A DNA stretch of 64,000 bases from Rhizobium sp. Q54. GTDB lineage: Bacteria; Pseudomonadota; Alphaproteobacteria; Rickettsiales; UBA1997. The notes beneath the pieces were generated by a model. The model ran no database searches. It was not told where the DNA came from and was given only the letters and a program-made list of their open reading frames with translations. The stretch is from positions 179 through 64,178 of the forward strand of contig CAMCMF010000002.1 in the NCBI GenBank assembly GCA_945875865.1. Reading direction: 5' to 3'. Shown here one piece after another: positions 8,208 through 16,309 of this stretch. Numbering within the stretch: position 1 is the first letter of the stretch; every line of letters begins with the position of its first letter. A program made the position numbers and the translations under genes.

Positions 8208-10628
8208 ATGACAAATTTAATTATTCTTCTTGGCGAAGTTCCTCATCTCGGTTTGATAATCGCAACTTTAGCGGTGCTTTGTGCCTACAAAAAATTCCCC
8301 GGAATTTCTTATTTTATTCTTCTCGCAACTTATCTTCTCCCCCAAAATCTCCCAACAAGTTTCTGGGTATTTTTTGCGCTAATTTCACTTCCCCTAGTCA
8401 TCCCGGCAATCCGCCGCAACCTGATCACCATCCACATTATCTCTCTAATCAAAGCTCTCGGTCTCTTGCCAAAAATTTCTGAAACTGAAAAAATCGCACT
8501 CACTTCGGGAACGGTTTGGGTTGATGGTGAACTTTTTTCCGGTCGTCCAAATTTTAAAAGAATCTTCTCCGAAAAATATCCCAAGCTAACCAGCGAAGAA
8601 CAAAATTTTTTGGATAATGAAGTTGAAGAACTTTGTAAAATCTGCAGCGATTACGAAGTACAAAAGCTGCGCGATCTTCCAGAAAATGTTTGGAAATTTT
8701 TACGCGAGAAAAAGTTTTTTGGCCTGATCGTTCCCAAAAAATTCGGTGGCTTGCAATTCTCCGCTTACGCCAATGGCTGCGTCATTGAAAAATTATCTTC
8801 ACGCTCGGTTCCACTAGCAATCACTGCCATGGTGCCAAATTCCTTAGGACCCGCAGAATTATTGATGCATTACGGAACCGAAAATCAGCGCAATTATTAT
8901 CTTCCTCGCCTAGCCGACGGCCGCGAGTTACCTTGCTTCGCGCTTACCGAACCAACCGCAGGATCTGATGCAACTTCAATAATTTCTAACGGCGTTTTAT
9001 TCAAAGATGAAAGTGGCGAAATAAAAATTCGTCTCAATTGGAATAAACGCTACATCACTCTCGGCGCTTACGCCACCTTGATCGGACTCGCTTTTCAACT
9101 TCGCGATCCCGAACATTTAATTTCAGAAAAAGAAGATATTGGTATCACTTGCGCTTTAATTCCCCACACAACTAAAGGCGTGCGCCAAGGCCGCAGACAT
9201 GATCCGCTAGCAACTCCATTCGTAAATTCTCCACTTAATGGCGAAAATGTTGTAGTGGGTTTGGATGCTGTAATTGGCGGCAAGGACGGGCTTGGAATCG
9301 GCTGGAAAATGTTGATTGATTGTCTTTCGGCAGGTCGCGGAATTTCTCTGCCCTCAACTTCCAGCGGCGGTTCAAAATTAACTTTAAGAGCTGTTAGCGC
9401 CTACTCAGCAATCCGCCAACAATTCGGCACTGCAGTTGGAAAATTCGAAGGAGTCGAAGAAGTTTTAGCGCGCATGACTTCGCGCACTTACGCAATCGAC
9501 GCCATGCGCTGCTTCACTGCCGGTGCTATTGATTCTGGCTCAAAACCTGCGGTAGTTACTGCAATTGCCAAATATCACGCCACTGAAATGTTCCGTCAAA
9601 ATATTAATGACGGCATGGATATTCTGGGCGGACGCGGCATTATTCGTGGGTCGCGCAATCTTCTTGCCAACGCTTATTTCTCGACGCCAATTTCAATTAC
9701 GGTTGAGGGCGCCAATATTATGACGCGCAGCTTGATCCACTTCGGACAAGGCGCCATCATGTGTCACCCTCATGCTTACAAGGAAATTATCGCGCTACAA
9801 ACTGGCGATTTGAAAGTTTTTGATCGCGAATTTTTTGCGCACATTAATCATCTAATCAGCAATTTAACGCGCTCGATTTTACTTTCTCTAACTCGCGGAT
9901 ATTTGCACAAACCATTCAAAAATGATTTTGTCGGACGCTACGAACGCAAAATTTCTTGGTGCTCTGCAACTTTTGCTCTTCTCGCTGACATCGCTCTGGC
10001 GCGCTTCGGTGGCAATTTAAAACGCAAAGAAAAATTAAATGGCCGTTTCGGCGACGTTCTTTCTGCAATGTATCTCAGCACTTCGATTTTAAGAAAATTT
10101 ATTGAGAATGGAAAAAAAGCTGAAGAAATTGACGTAGCAAAACATGCGCTAAAAGAACAATTCCAAAAAGCACAAATTGCCTTTGACGGAATTTATGAAA
10201 ATCTTTTTGGCTGCGTTGCAAAGATCATTCTCTGCCCTTTCATTTTGTGGTCTCGCGTCAATATTTTTTCTAAGCCAGCTTGCGATGAACTCGGTCACAA
10301 AGTAGTAAAAAATATGCTGAAAAATGGTCATTTCAGAGATTCCTTAACTAAAGGAATTTTTATTTCCGCTGATAAAAATGATAATTTGGGTCGCCTGGAA
10401 TATGCGCTAGCTTTGCAAGAAAAAGCACAAGAAGCAGCGGAAAAAATCAAAGTTGCTATTCGAGGCAAACTCTTGCCAGCTAAGCGTTTGGAAGATTTAA
10501 TTGAATTAGCTTTTGCACAATCGATCATCACTGCCGACGAAAAACATTTACTAACCGACTCACAAATTGCCACGCTCGATGCGATGCAAGTCGATGAATA
10601 TTCACTCGAAGATTACAAAAAAAATTAA
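8208..10628 (+). CDS. fadE: Long-form acyl-CoA dehydrogenase (FadE type) with N-terminal membrane segment
   Basis: 806 aa, colinear with E. coli FadE. Shared blocks: NSLGPAELLMHYGT, CFALTEPTAGSDA, RLNWNKRYITLG, ITVEGANIMTRSLIHFGQGA. Confidence 0.93.
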   Translation: MTNLIILLGEVPHLGLIIATLAVLCAYKKFPGISYFILLATYLLPQNLPTSFWVFFALISLPLVIPAIRRNLITIHIISLIKALGLLPKISETEKIALTSGTVWVDGELFSGRPNFKRIFSEKYPKLTSEEQNFLDNEVEELCKICSDYEVQKLRDLPENVWKFLREKKFFGLIVPKKFGGLQFSAYANGCVIEKLSSRSVPLAITAMVPNSLGPAELLMHYGTENQRNYYLPRLADGRELPCFALTEPTAGSDATSIISNGVLFKDESGEIKIRLNWNKRYITLGAYATLIGLAFQLRDPEHLISEKEDIGITCALIPHTTKGVRQGRRHDPLATPFVNSPLNGENVVVGLDAVIGGKDGLGIGWKMLIDCLSAGRGISLPSTSSGGSKLTLRAVSAYSAIRQQFGTAVGKFEGVEEVLARMTSRTYAIDAMRCFTAGAIDSGSKPAVVTAIAKYHATEMFRQNINDGMDILGGRGIIRGSRNLLANAYFSTPISITVEGANIMTRSLIHFGQGAIMCHPHAYKEIIALQTGDLKVFDREFFAHINHLISNLTRSILLSLTRGYLHKPFKNDFVGRYERKISWCSATFALLADIALARFGGNLKRKEKLNGRFGDVLSAMYLSTSILRKFIENGKKAEEIDVAKHALKEQFQKAQIAFDGIYENLFGCVAKIILCPFILWSRVNIFSKPACDELGHKVVKNMLKNGHFRDSLTKGIFISADKNDNLGRLEYALALQEKAQEAAEKIKVAIRGKLLPAKRLEDLIELAFAQSIITADEKHLLTDSQIATLDAMQVDEYSLEDYKKN

Positions 10629-10629
10629 A

Positions 10630-10726
10630 CCCAGATCCGTCATCGCTAAAGCGACGCAACCCTCTTTTTCAAAGAGGACTAAGTTCCGAGGTGGCCCGTA
10701 GCGTAAGCGAAGGGTCGGAGGATTTA
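10630..10726. repeat. Family A modular palindromic repeat, copy A2 (module order R-L, L hairpin truncated)
   Basis: ccgtcatcgctaaagcgacgcaaccctctttttcaaagagg ... gaggtggcccgtagcgtaagcgaagggtcggaggattta. Same modules as A1/A3 but permuted. Confidence 0.8.
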
Positions 10727-10740
10727 AAAAAAACCAACTC

Positions 10741-11313
10741 ATGACCATCCTCCTAATCGACAACTACGACAGCTTCACCTACAACCTCTACCACTACCTC
10801 ATCCAAGCGGGTGCAGAAAAAGTTGTGGTTAAGCGTAATGATGAAATTTCAGTCGCTGAAATCAAAAAATTAAAACCGCGCGGAATCGTTTTATCTCCCG
10901 GGCCTTGCACACCAAATGAAGCAGGAATTTGTTTAGAAGTGATCGAAAAATTAAAAGGAATTTTTCCAATTTTTGGTGTTTGCTTGGGACATCAAGCAAT
11001 CGGTCAAGCCTTTGGTGGCAAGGTTGTAAAAACTTTCCCAATGCACGGAAAAGTCAGCGAAATTTTTCACAAAAAAGAAAATATTTTTAAAGACATCCCC
11101 TCACCTTTCAAAGCTACCCGCTACCATTCGCTAATCATCGAAAAAAAAACTTGCCCGAAAAATTTGAAAATTACCGCTGAGACAAAAGATGGAATAATCA
11201 TGGGAATTGCCGACGAAAAGTTAAAAATTTTCGGCGTACAATTCCATCCAGAATCAATTGCTTCCGAGCATGGACATCAGTTAATTGAAAATTTTTTGAA
11301 ATTGATTTCTTAA
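10741..11313 (+). CDS. trpG: Glutamine amidotransferase of anthranilate/aminodeoxychorismate synthase (TrpG/PabA)
   Basis: 190 aa. IDNYDSFTYNL, GVCLGHQ (catalytic Cys) and GVQFHPES. Lies next to trpD. Confidence 0.92.
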   Translation: MTILLIDNYDSFTYNLYHYLIQAGAEKVVVKRNDEISVAEIKKLKPRGIVLSPGPCTPNEAGICLEVIEKLKGIFPIFGVCLGHQAIGQAFGGKVVKTFPMHGKVSEIFHKKENIFKDIPSPFKATRYHSLIIEKKTCPKNLKITAETKDGIIMGIADEKLKIFGVQFHPESIASEHGHQLIENFLKLIS

Positions 11314-11326
11314 GGGGTCTGACCCC
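11314..11326. repeat. Family E palindrome GGGGTCTGACCCC, copy E3
   Basis: Exact copy starting at the base after the trpG TAA. There is no downstream T-tract, so it is not a canonical terminator. Confidence 0.8.
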
Positions 11327-11360
11327 TCATCCACTTTTGACAGAATAAAAAAGTTAAAAT

Positions 11361-12329
11361 ATGAATCTCTCTAATATCTCCCCCCAAGAATTCGAAAAAA
11401 TTTTTAGTGAAATTATTGAAGGTAAGATTGATCCCGATTCGGTAAAAAAATTTCTTCTCGATCTCAATTCCGAGAATCTTCCAAGTAATGCATTTATCGG
11501 TGCCGTTTCTGTGTTGAAGAGCAAGATGAAAAAAATCTCCGCGCCGGAAAATTCGATTGATGTTTGCGGAACTGGCGGTGACAAACTTGGCACTCTCAAC
11601 ATTTCAACTGCGGTTTGTTTTGTGGTTGCGGCTTGTGGCGTCACGGTTGCTAAGCATGGAAATAAAGCGATTTCTTCTCAATCAGGATCTGCAGATATTT
11701 TTGCAGAATTGGGAATAAAAATTTCTGCCGATATTTCTGAAATCGAAAAAAATCTCCGCGAAAAAAATCTGTGCTTTTTATTTGCGCCCTTCTTTCACGA
11801 AGCTTTAAAAAATGTTGGCGAAATTCGTAAATCCCTTGGCATTCCAACAATTTTTAATTTTCTTGGACCATTGCTAAACCCAGCAAACACCAGCTCTCAA
11901 CTCATTGGCACTTCGCGCTACGACACAATGCAAAAAATTGCCGCGGTAATTAAAGAAACAGAAAATAAAGCCTACATCGTTCACGGTTTTGATGGCATGG
12001 ATGAGATCACCCTCACCGCCAATTCTTATCTTTTGCGCGTCGAAAATGGCAAAATTTTTGAAGAGGAAATTATTGATCCCGAAAAATTTGGTTTGAAAAA
12101 AGTTACGCTGGAAAGCTTGAAAGGCGCAGATTCAAAACATAATGCCCAAAAACTTCTGGCGCTTTTTGAAGGAGAAAAATCTGCTTACCGCGACATTGTA
12201 ATTTTAAATTCTGCCTTTGCTTTGAAGTTAGCCGGAAAAGTTGAAGAAATTGTGGATGGAATTGAATTGTCGAAATCAATAATTGATTGCGGAGACGCCA
12301 AAAAAGTTTTGAAAAATTTGCAAAAATAA
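11361..12329 (+). CDS. trpD: Anthranilate phosphoribosyltransferase
   Basis: 322 aa. DVCGTGGDKLGTLNISTA, KHGNKA and FNFLGPLLNP motifs. Confidence 0.93.
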   Translation: MNLSNISPQEFEKIFSEIIEGKIDPDSVKKFLLDLNSENLPSNAFIGAVSVLKSKMKKISAPENSIDVCGTGGDKLGTLNISTAVCFVVAACGVTVAKHGNKAISSQSGSADIFAELGIKISADISEIEKNLREKNLCFLFAPFFHEALKNVGEIRKSLGIPTIFNFLGPLLNPANTSSQLIGTSRYDTMQKIAAVIKETENKAYIVHGFDGMDEITLTANSYLLRVENGKIFEEEIIDPEKFGLKKVTLESLKGADSKHNAQKLLALFEGEKSAYRDIVILNSAFALKLAGKVEEIVDGIELSKSIIDCGDAKKVLKNLQK

Positions 12330-12341
12330 AAGTTCAAAAAA

Positions 12342-12372
12342 AGATTGTCGCCTGCCAGGCGACAATCTTTTT
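12342..12372 (+). terminator. Rho-independent terminator after trpD
   Basis: A 12-bp perfect stem (agattgtcgcct/aggcgacaatct) with a 3-nt loop, followed by tttt. An upstream A-tract makes it potentially bidirectional. Confidence 0.75.
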
Positions 12373-12390
12373 AAATCTCTAAAAAAACCA

Positions 12391-13389
12391 ATGAAAACCC
12401 TTACAACTACTGATGCTACTTACAAAAAACTTCTTGCAGAAATCTTGCTAAATTTGCAAAAAACGCAGCAAAAAATTACTCGCCAAAAAGTTGAGGTTTC
12501 TTGGCAGATTGGAAAATTAGTTGAAGAGCATTTGCTAAAAAATCGCGACGAAGCTTACGGAAAAAATTTGATTAAAAAGTTGGAACAAGACACAAAAATT
12601 TCTAAAACTGCACTCTACAAAATGCGGAACTTTTTTCAAACCTATTCAAAACTTCCTAAAGATGATCCAAAATTAAATTGGTCTCATTACCGAGTATTAG
12701 TAGGGATTCCAAGCAATGATGAAAGAAAATATCTTGAAGATTTAACCAAGAAGAATGATTGGAGCGGAGATACTTTGCAGAAAAAAGTTGCTGAGATAAA
12801 AAATAATAAACCTCAGAAAAAAAAGTTAAAAAAAGTTTCAACTTCACAAAAATTAAAATTTTCGCGCGGAAAATTATTCAACTACCGACTGGCGAAAATG
12901 AAGGGCTCGGATGAAATGTTTGTTGATTTAGGGTTTGGAATTTTTAGTAAAATAAAAACTAACTTTACTGAGAATGAAACTGTAGAAAGCGTGAAAAAAT
13001 CTGAGAAATATTCGCTAAAAAAATCTACCGCTAACAAAAAAGAAATGCACACCTACAAAGCTTTTTTAGATCGCGTGGTTGATGGCGACACGCTGCATGT
13101 GAATTTGGATTTAGGCTTTGGAGTTTTTCACAAGGAAATTTTGCGACTAGCAAAAATTAATGCCGCGGAAAGCAAAACTAAGGAAGGACAAAAAGCTGCA
13201 ACTGAGCTCAAAAAAATCTTAAAAGACGCTCCTTTTTTAATCATCAAAACCAATAAAACCGATATTTACGGTCGCTACATTGCCGATATTTTTTTCACCA
13301 AAGATTCTCAAGATCCCAACAAAGTTGCCAGCGACGGAACTTATTTGAATCAATTGTTGATTGATTCTGGAGTGGTTGGAATTTTTTAG
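12391..13389 (+). CDS. Fusion protein: YhcG/DUF1016 N-terminal domain plus C-terminal staphylococcal-nuclease (SNase)-like domain
   Basis: The N-terminus (VSWQIGKLVEEHLL...AYGKNLIKKLEQD...ALYKMRNFFQTY...NWSHYRVL) resembles the DUF1016 N-domain. The C-terminus (VVDGDTLHV...ILRLAKINAAES...DIYGRYIADIF) is SNase-like, with IDAPE changed to INAAE. Confidence 0.6.
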   Translation: MKTLTTTDATYKKLLAEILLNLQKTQQKITRQKVEVSWQIGKLVEEHLLKNRDEAYGKNLIKKLEQDTKISKTALYKMRNFFQTYSKLPKDDPKLNWSHYRVLVGIPSNDERKYLEDLTKKNDWSGDTLQKKVAEIKNNKPQKKKLKKVSTSQKLKFSRGKLFNYRLAKMKGSDEMFVDLGFGIFSKIKTNFTENETVESVKKSEKYSLKKSTANKKEMHTYKAFLDRVVDGDTLHVNLDLGFGVFHKEILRLAKINAAESKTKEGQKAATELKKILKDAPFLIIKTNKTDIYGRYIADIFFTKDSQDPNKVASDGTYLNQLLIDSGVVGIF

Positions 13390-13395
13390 GAAAAA

Positions 13396-13408
13396 GGGGT
13401 CTGACCCC
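13396..13408. repeat. Family E palindrome GGGGTCTGACCCC, copy E4, terminator-like
   Basis: aaaaaggggtctgaccccttttg lies 7 nt after the stop of the upstream gene. Confidence 0.75.
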
Positions 13409-13416
13409 TTTTGTAG

Positions 13417-13686
13417 GATTCAAGAACCCGAACTCAAAAATAAAGAGTCGGTATATGGGGTTCCCCACGACCGTGGGGCGCAGGCCATCCTGCGTAAAAA
13501 CAAAATCAATATACCAAGTCGGCTTTTTGAAGCTGATTTGGTATATACCGAAACCAATTCAAGATACCCAGCTCAAAAATAAAGAGTCGGTATATGGGGT
13601 TCCCCACGACCGTGGGGCGCAGGCCATCCTGCGTAAAAACAAAATCAATATACCTAATCGGCTTTTTGAAGCTGATTTGGTATATT
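13417..13686. repeat. Two tandem copies (period 139 bp) of the family C structured repeat
   Basis: Units start with gagtcggtatatgggg at 13445 and 13584. Internal hairpins are ccccacg/cgtgggg and cgcagg/cctgcg, enclosed by ggtatat...atatacc. The right end abuts the rseP stop codon. Confidence 0.9.
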
Positions 13687-14794
13687 AGTGCATCAGCTGC
13701 AACACGTCATTTATCGTCGTAAAAATCATCAAAGCTAAAAGCAAACTTAGTCCGAAACGAAAACCCATTTGTTGAGTTTTTTGGGAGAGGGCTTTGCCGC
13801 GGATTGCTTCGATTAGGTAGAAAAATAAATGTCCGCCATCCAGTGCGGGGATTGGCAGAAGATTCATCACGCCGAGATTTAGCGAGATCATCGCCATGAA
13901 CCACAGCACTACTAAAATTCCCATCTCGACAGTTTTGCCGGAATATTTGGCGATTTTAATTGGTCCACCCAACTCTTTAACCGAGCGCTTTCCGCTAATT
14001 AATTCGCCGACTGCATTAAAAATTGCGATCGAAATGTGGTAGGCTTCTTTGTTAGCCTCAATAAAACTTTGTCCTAAATTTAAATCACGATGATCGACGA
14101 TAGAAGCGCTAACGCCAAGAGTTGCCAGCTTTACCTCATCACCGAAAAAATCTTTTCTTACTTCAATTTTTGGAGAAATTTTTAGCTCAAGAAATTTTTC
14201 ACCGCGTTTAATTTTAAAATTTAATTCCTGTTCTTTTGTCAGCATCACGGCATTTCTAATTTCATCAAATTCAGAAATTTCTTTTTCATCGATTGCCAGA
14301 ATTTGATCACCTTTTTGCAAGCCAGCTATAAAAGCAGCGCTAGCTGGAACAACTTCATCAATGATCGGCAAAACTTTGTTTAGACCATTAATTTGAAATA
14401 AAATCGTGAAGATAAAAATCGCCAATAAAAAATTTGCGACTGGTCCTGCCACCACGACTGCCATGCGTTGCCAAACATTTTTACCAACGAAAGAAATCTT
14501 TTTTTCATCAGCAGACATCTTGGCAATCGCCTCCTCATCCGGCATCGACGTGGCATTGCGATCACCATACATTCTCACGTAACCGCCGAAAGGCAGCAGG
14601 CAAAATTTCCACTCGGTAGCTTTTTTATCGCGCCAAGAAAAAAGTTTTTTACCAAAGCCAATCGAGAATTCTTCCACCTTCACGCCGCATAAACGCGCCA
14701 CCCAAAAATGCCCAAACTCATGAATAAAAACGATGAGCGAGATGATGAAAACGAAGGAAAGAAAGTTGTGCAGAATCAATTGAATAATGGCCAT
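13685..14794 (-). CDS. rseP: RIP zinc metalloprotease RseP (site-2 protease, M50)
   Basis: HEFGHFWVAR zinc motif, a PDZ region and the C-terminal NLLPIPALDGGH. The start was set at MAIIQ (ATG 14794), so it no longer overlaps dxr. Confidence 0.93.
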   Translation of the reverse strand: MAIIQLILHNFLSFVFIISLIVFIHEFGHFWVARLCGVKVEEFSIGFGKKLFSWRDKKATEWKFCLLPFGGYVRMYGDRNATSMPDEEAIAKMSADEKKISFVGKNVWQRMAVVVAGPVANFLLAIFIFTILFQINGLNKVLPIIDEVVPASAAFIAGLQKGDQILAIDEKEISEFDEIRNAVMLTKEQELNFKIKRGEKFLELKISPKIEVRKDFFGDEVKLATLGVSASIVDHRDLNLGQSFIEANKEAYHISIAIFNAVGELISGKRSVKELGGPIKIAKYSGKTVEMGILVVLWFMAMISLNLGVMNLLPIPALDGGHLFFYLIEAIRGKALSQKTQQMGFRFGLSLLLALMIFTTINDVLQLMH

Positions 14795-14795
14795 T

Positions 14796-15941
14796 TTATG
14801 AATTAAATTTTGCGGCGATTTGACGCGCTTGTTGATCAAAGAAAATAACTTCTTCAATCGAAGAAAGTTTTTGGTGCGAAATTTTTGCTAAAGTTTTTTC
14901 AACAATTTTTGTGATTTTATCGAAAGTAATTTCACCCGCTAAAAACTTTGCCACCGCAATTTCATTGGCGGCATTCAATACCGCTGGCGCACTTCCATCA
15001 ATTTCCAAAGCATTGCGACAAATTTTTACTGCGGGAAATTTTTTTTCATCAACATCAAAAAATTCTAATTTTTGTAACTTAGCCAAATCAAGTTTTTGAT
15101 GTTTTATTTTCATGCGTTTTGGAAAAGATAAAGCGTGAGAAATCGGTACTTTCATATCGGGCAAGCTAAGCATCGCAAGGCTTGAACCATCAGCATAATT
15201 TACCATGCCGTGAAGAATTGACTGTGGATGAACCAAAATTTTAATCTGTTTTTTTGCGACTGGAAAAAGATGAAAAGCTTCGATCACTTCCAAGCCTTTA
15301 TTCATCATGGTCGCCGAATCGATGGAAATTTTTGCGCCCATTTTCCAATTAGGATGTTTAAGCGCCTCAGCAATTGAAATTGTTTTTGGATCTTGCTTGG
15401 AAGCGAAAAAAGGCCCACCAGAAGCGGTTAGAATGATGTCGTCAATCATTTCTAAATTGTCATTTTCGAAAATTTGGAAGATGGCATTATGTTCGGAATC
15501 AACTGGAATAATTTTTACTTTTTGTTTTTTAGCTTCAGCCATTAAAAATTCTCCGGCGCAAACTAGCGATTCTTTATTAGCGAGAGCGATGTGCGATTTG
15601 GCCTTGATGGCAGCGAGTGTAGGCAACATTCCCGCCGCACCAACAATTGCTGAAACAAATAAATCACAGCGAATTTTTGCTACTTCTAAAATCGCTTTTT
15701 CACCTGCCAAGACTTGACATTTTTTTAGATTTTTTAGTGCTGATTTTAATTCTGGAAAATGTTTTTCATTGGCGATGACAACGTATGAAGGCTTGGTTTC
15801 TAAGGCTTGCTTGATGAGAGTCTTGACATCATTTCTCGCAACTAACGCGAAAACTTCAAAATCCTGCGGCGCGTTTTTAATGACCTCAATGGTATTTTTT
15901 CCAATTGATCCGGTGCAACCAAAAATCGAAATCTTTTTCAT
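14796..15941 (-). CDS. dxr: 1-deoxy-D-xylulose 5-phosphate reductoisomerase
   Basis: 381 aa. IFGCTGSIG, PVDSEHNAIFQ, LTASGGPF and NKGLEVIEA motifs. Confidence 0.96.
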   Translation of the reverse strand: MKKISIFGCTGSIGKNTIEVIKNAPQDFEVFALVARNDVKTLIKQALETKPSYVVIANEKHFPELKSALKNLKKCQVLAGEKAILEVAKIRCDLFVSAIVGAAGMLPTLAAIKAKSHIALANKESLVCAGEFLMAEAKKQKVKIIPVDSEHNAIFQIFENDNLEMIDDIILTASGGPFFASKQDPKTISIAEALKHPNWKMGAKISIDSATMMNKGLEVIEAFHLFPVAKKQIKILVHPQSILHGMVNYADGSSLAMLSLPDMKVPISHALSFPKRMKIKHQKLDLAKLQKLEFFDVDEKKFPAVKICRNALEIDGSAPAVLNAANEIAVAKFLAGEITFDKITKIVEKTLAKISHQKLSSIEEVIFFDQQARQIAAKFNS

Positions 15942-16307
15942 CTATTTTTTCTTTTCTGGAGTTCTTTTTAACTCTGCATCAAGGATTACTTCAAGATTCA
16001 AAGCCTTCTGCTCCGTTTTATCGAGAATAAAAATAATTTCTGGCACCGCGCGCAAAGTGATTCTTTTTGCCATTTGATAACGAAAATGGGGCGCCGCTTT
16101 ATTCAGAGATTTAACAATTTGCTCGTGCATTTTTTCATTACCAAAAATATCGAGATAAATACGAATATTTTTTGCATCGGGACTAACATCGGCTTCAAGC
16201 ACGGTTAGGATACTTCCCGGAAAAGATAAAACATCTCCCCGCAGAAAAATTTCTGATATTATGCGTTTAATATTTTCACCAATTTGCAGCTGACGTTGTG
16301 ATTTCAT
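15942..16307 (-). CDS. rbfA: Ribosome-binding factor A
   Basis: 121 aa. RQLQIGENIKRIISEIF and VSPDAKNIRIY pattern. Its stop abuts the dxr start. Confidence 0.88.
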   Translation of the reverse strand: MKSQRQLQIGENIKRIISEIFLRGDVLSFPGSILTVLEADVSPDAKNIRIYLDIFGNEKMHEQIVKSLNKAAPHFRYQMAKRITLRAVPEIIFILDKTEQKALNLEVILDAELKRTPEKKK

Positions 16308-16309
16308 AT

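Noticed and set aside
13417-13686. Considered whether the tandem repeats could be a CRISPR array.
   Set aside because: There are only two directly abutting 139-bp units with no unique spacers. The unit length is far from CRISPR repeat size, and no cas genes are present.
12391-13686. Considered a type III toxin-antitoxin-like arrangement (nuclease gene plus tandem structured RNA repeats).
   Set aside because: The repeats lie downstream of the nuclease gene, not upstream. They are oriented as the 3' UTR of the opposite-strand rseP, and an independent copy sits beside ndk. A generic 3'-end element is the better explanation.
13361-13688. Track ORFs 13361-13582 and 13455-13688 (repeated peptide ESVYGVPHDRGAQAILRKNKINIP).
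   Set aside because: The peptide repetition simply mirrors the tandem 139-bp DNA repeat. The ORFs overlap each other in different frames, have no SD, and the same sequence recurs non-coding next to ndk.
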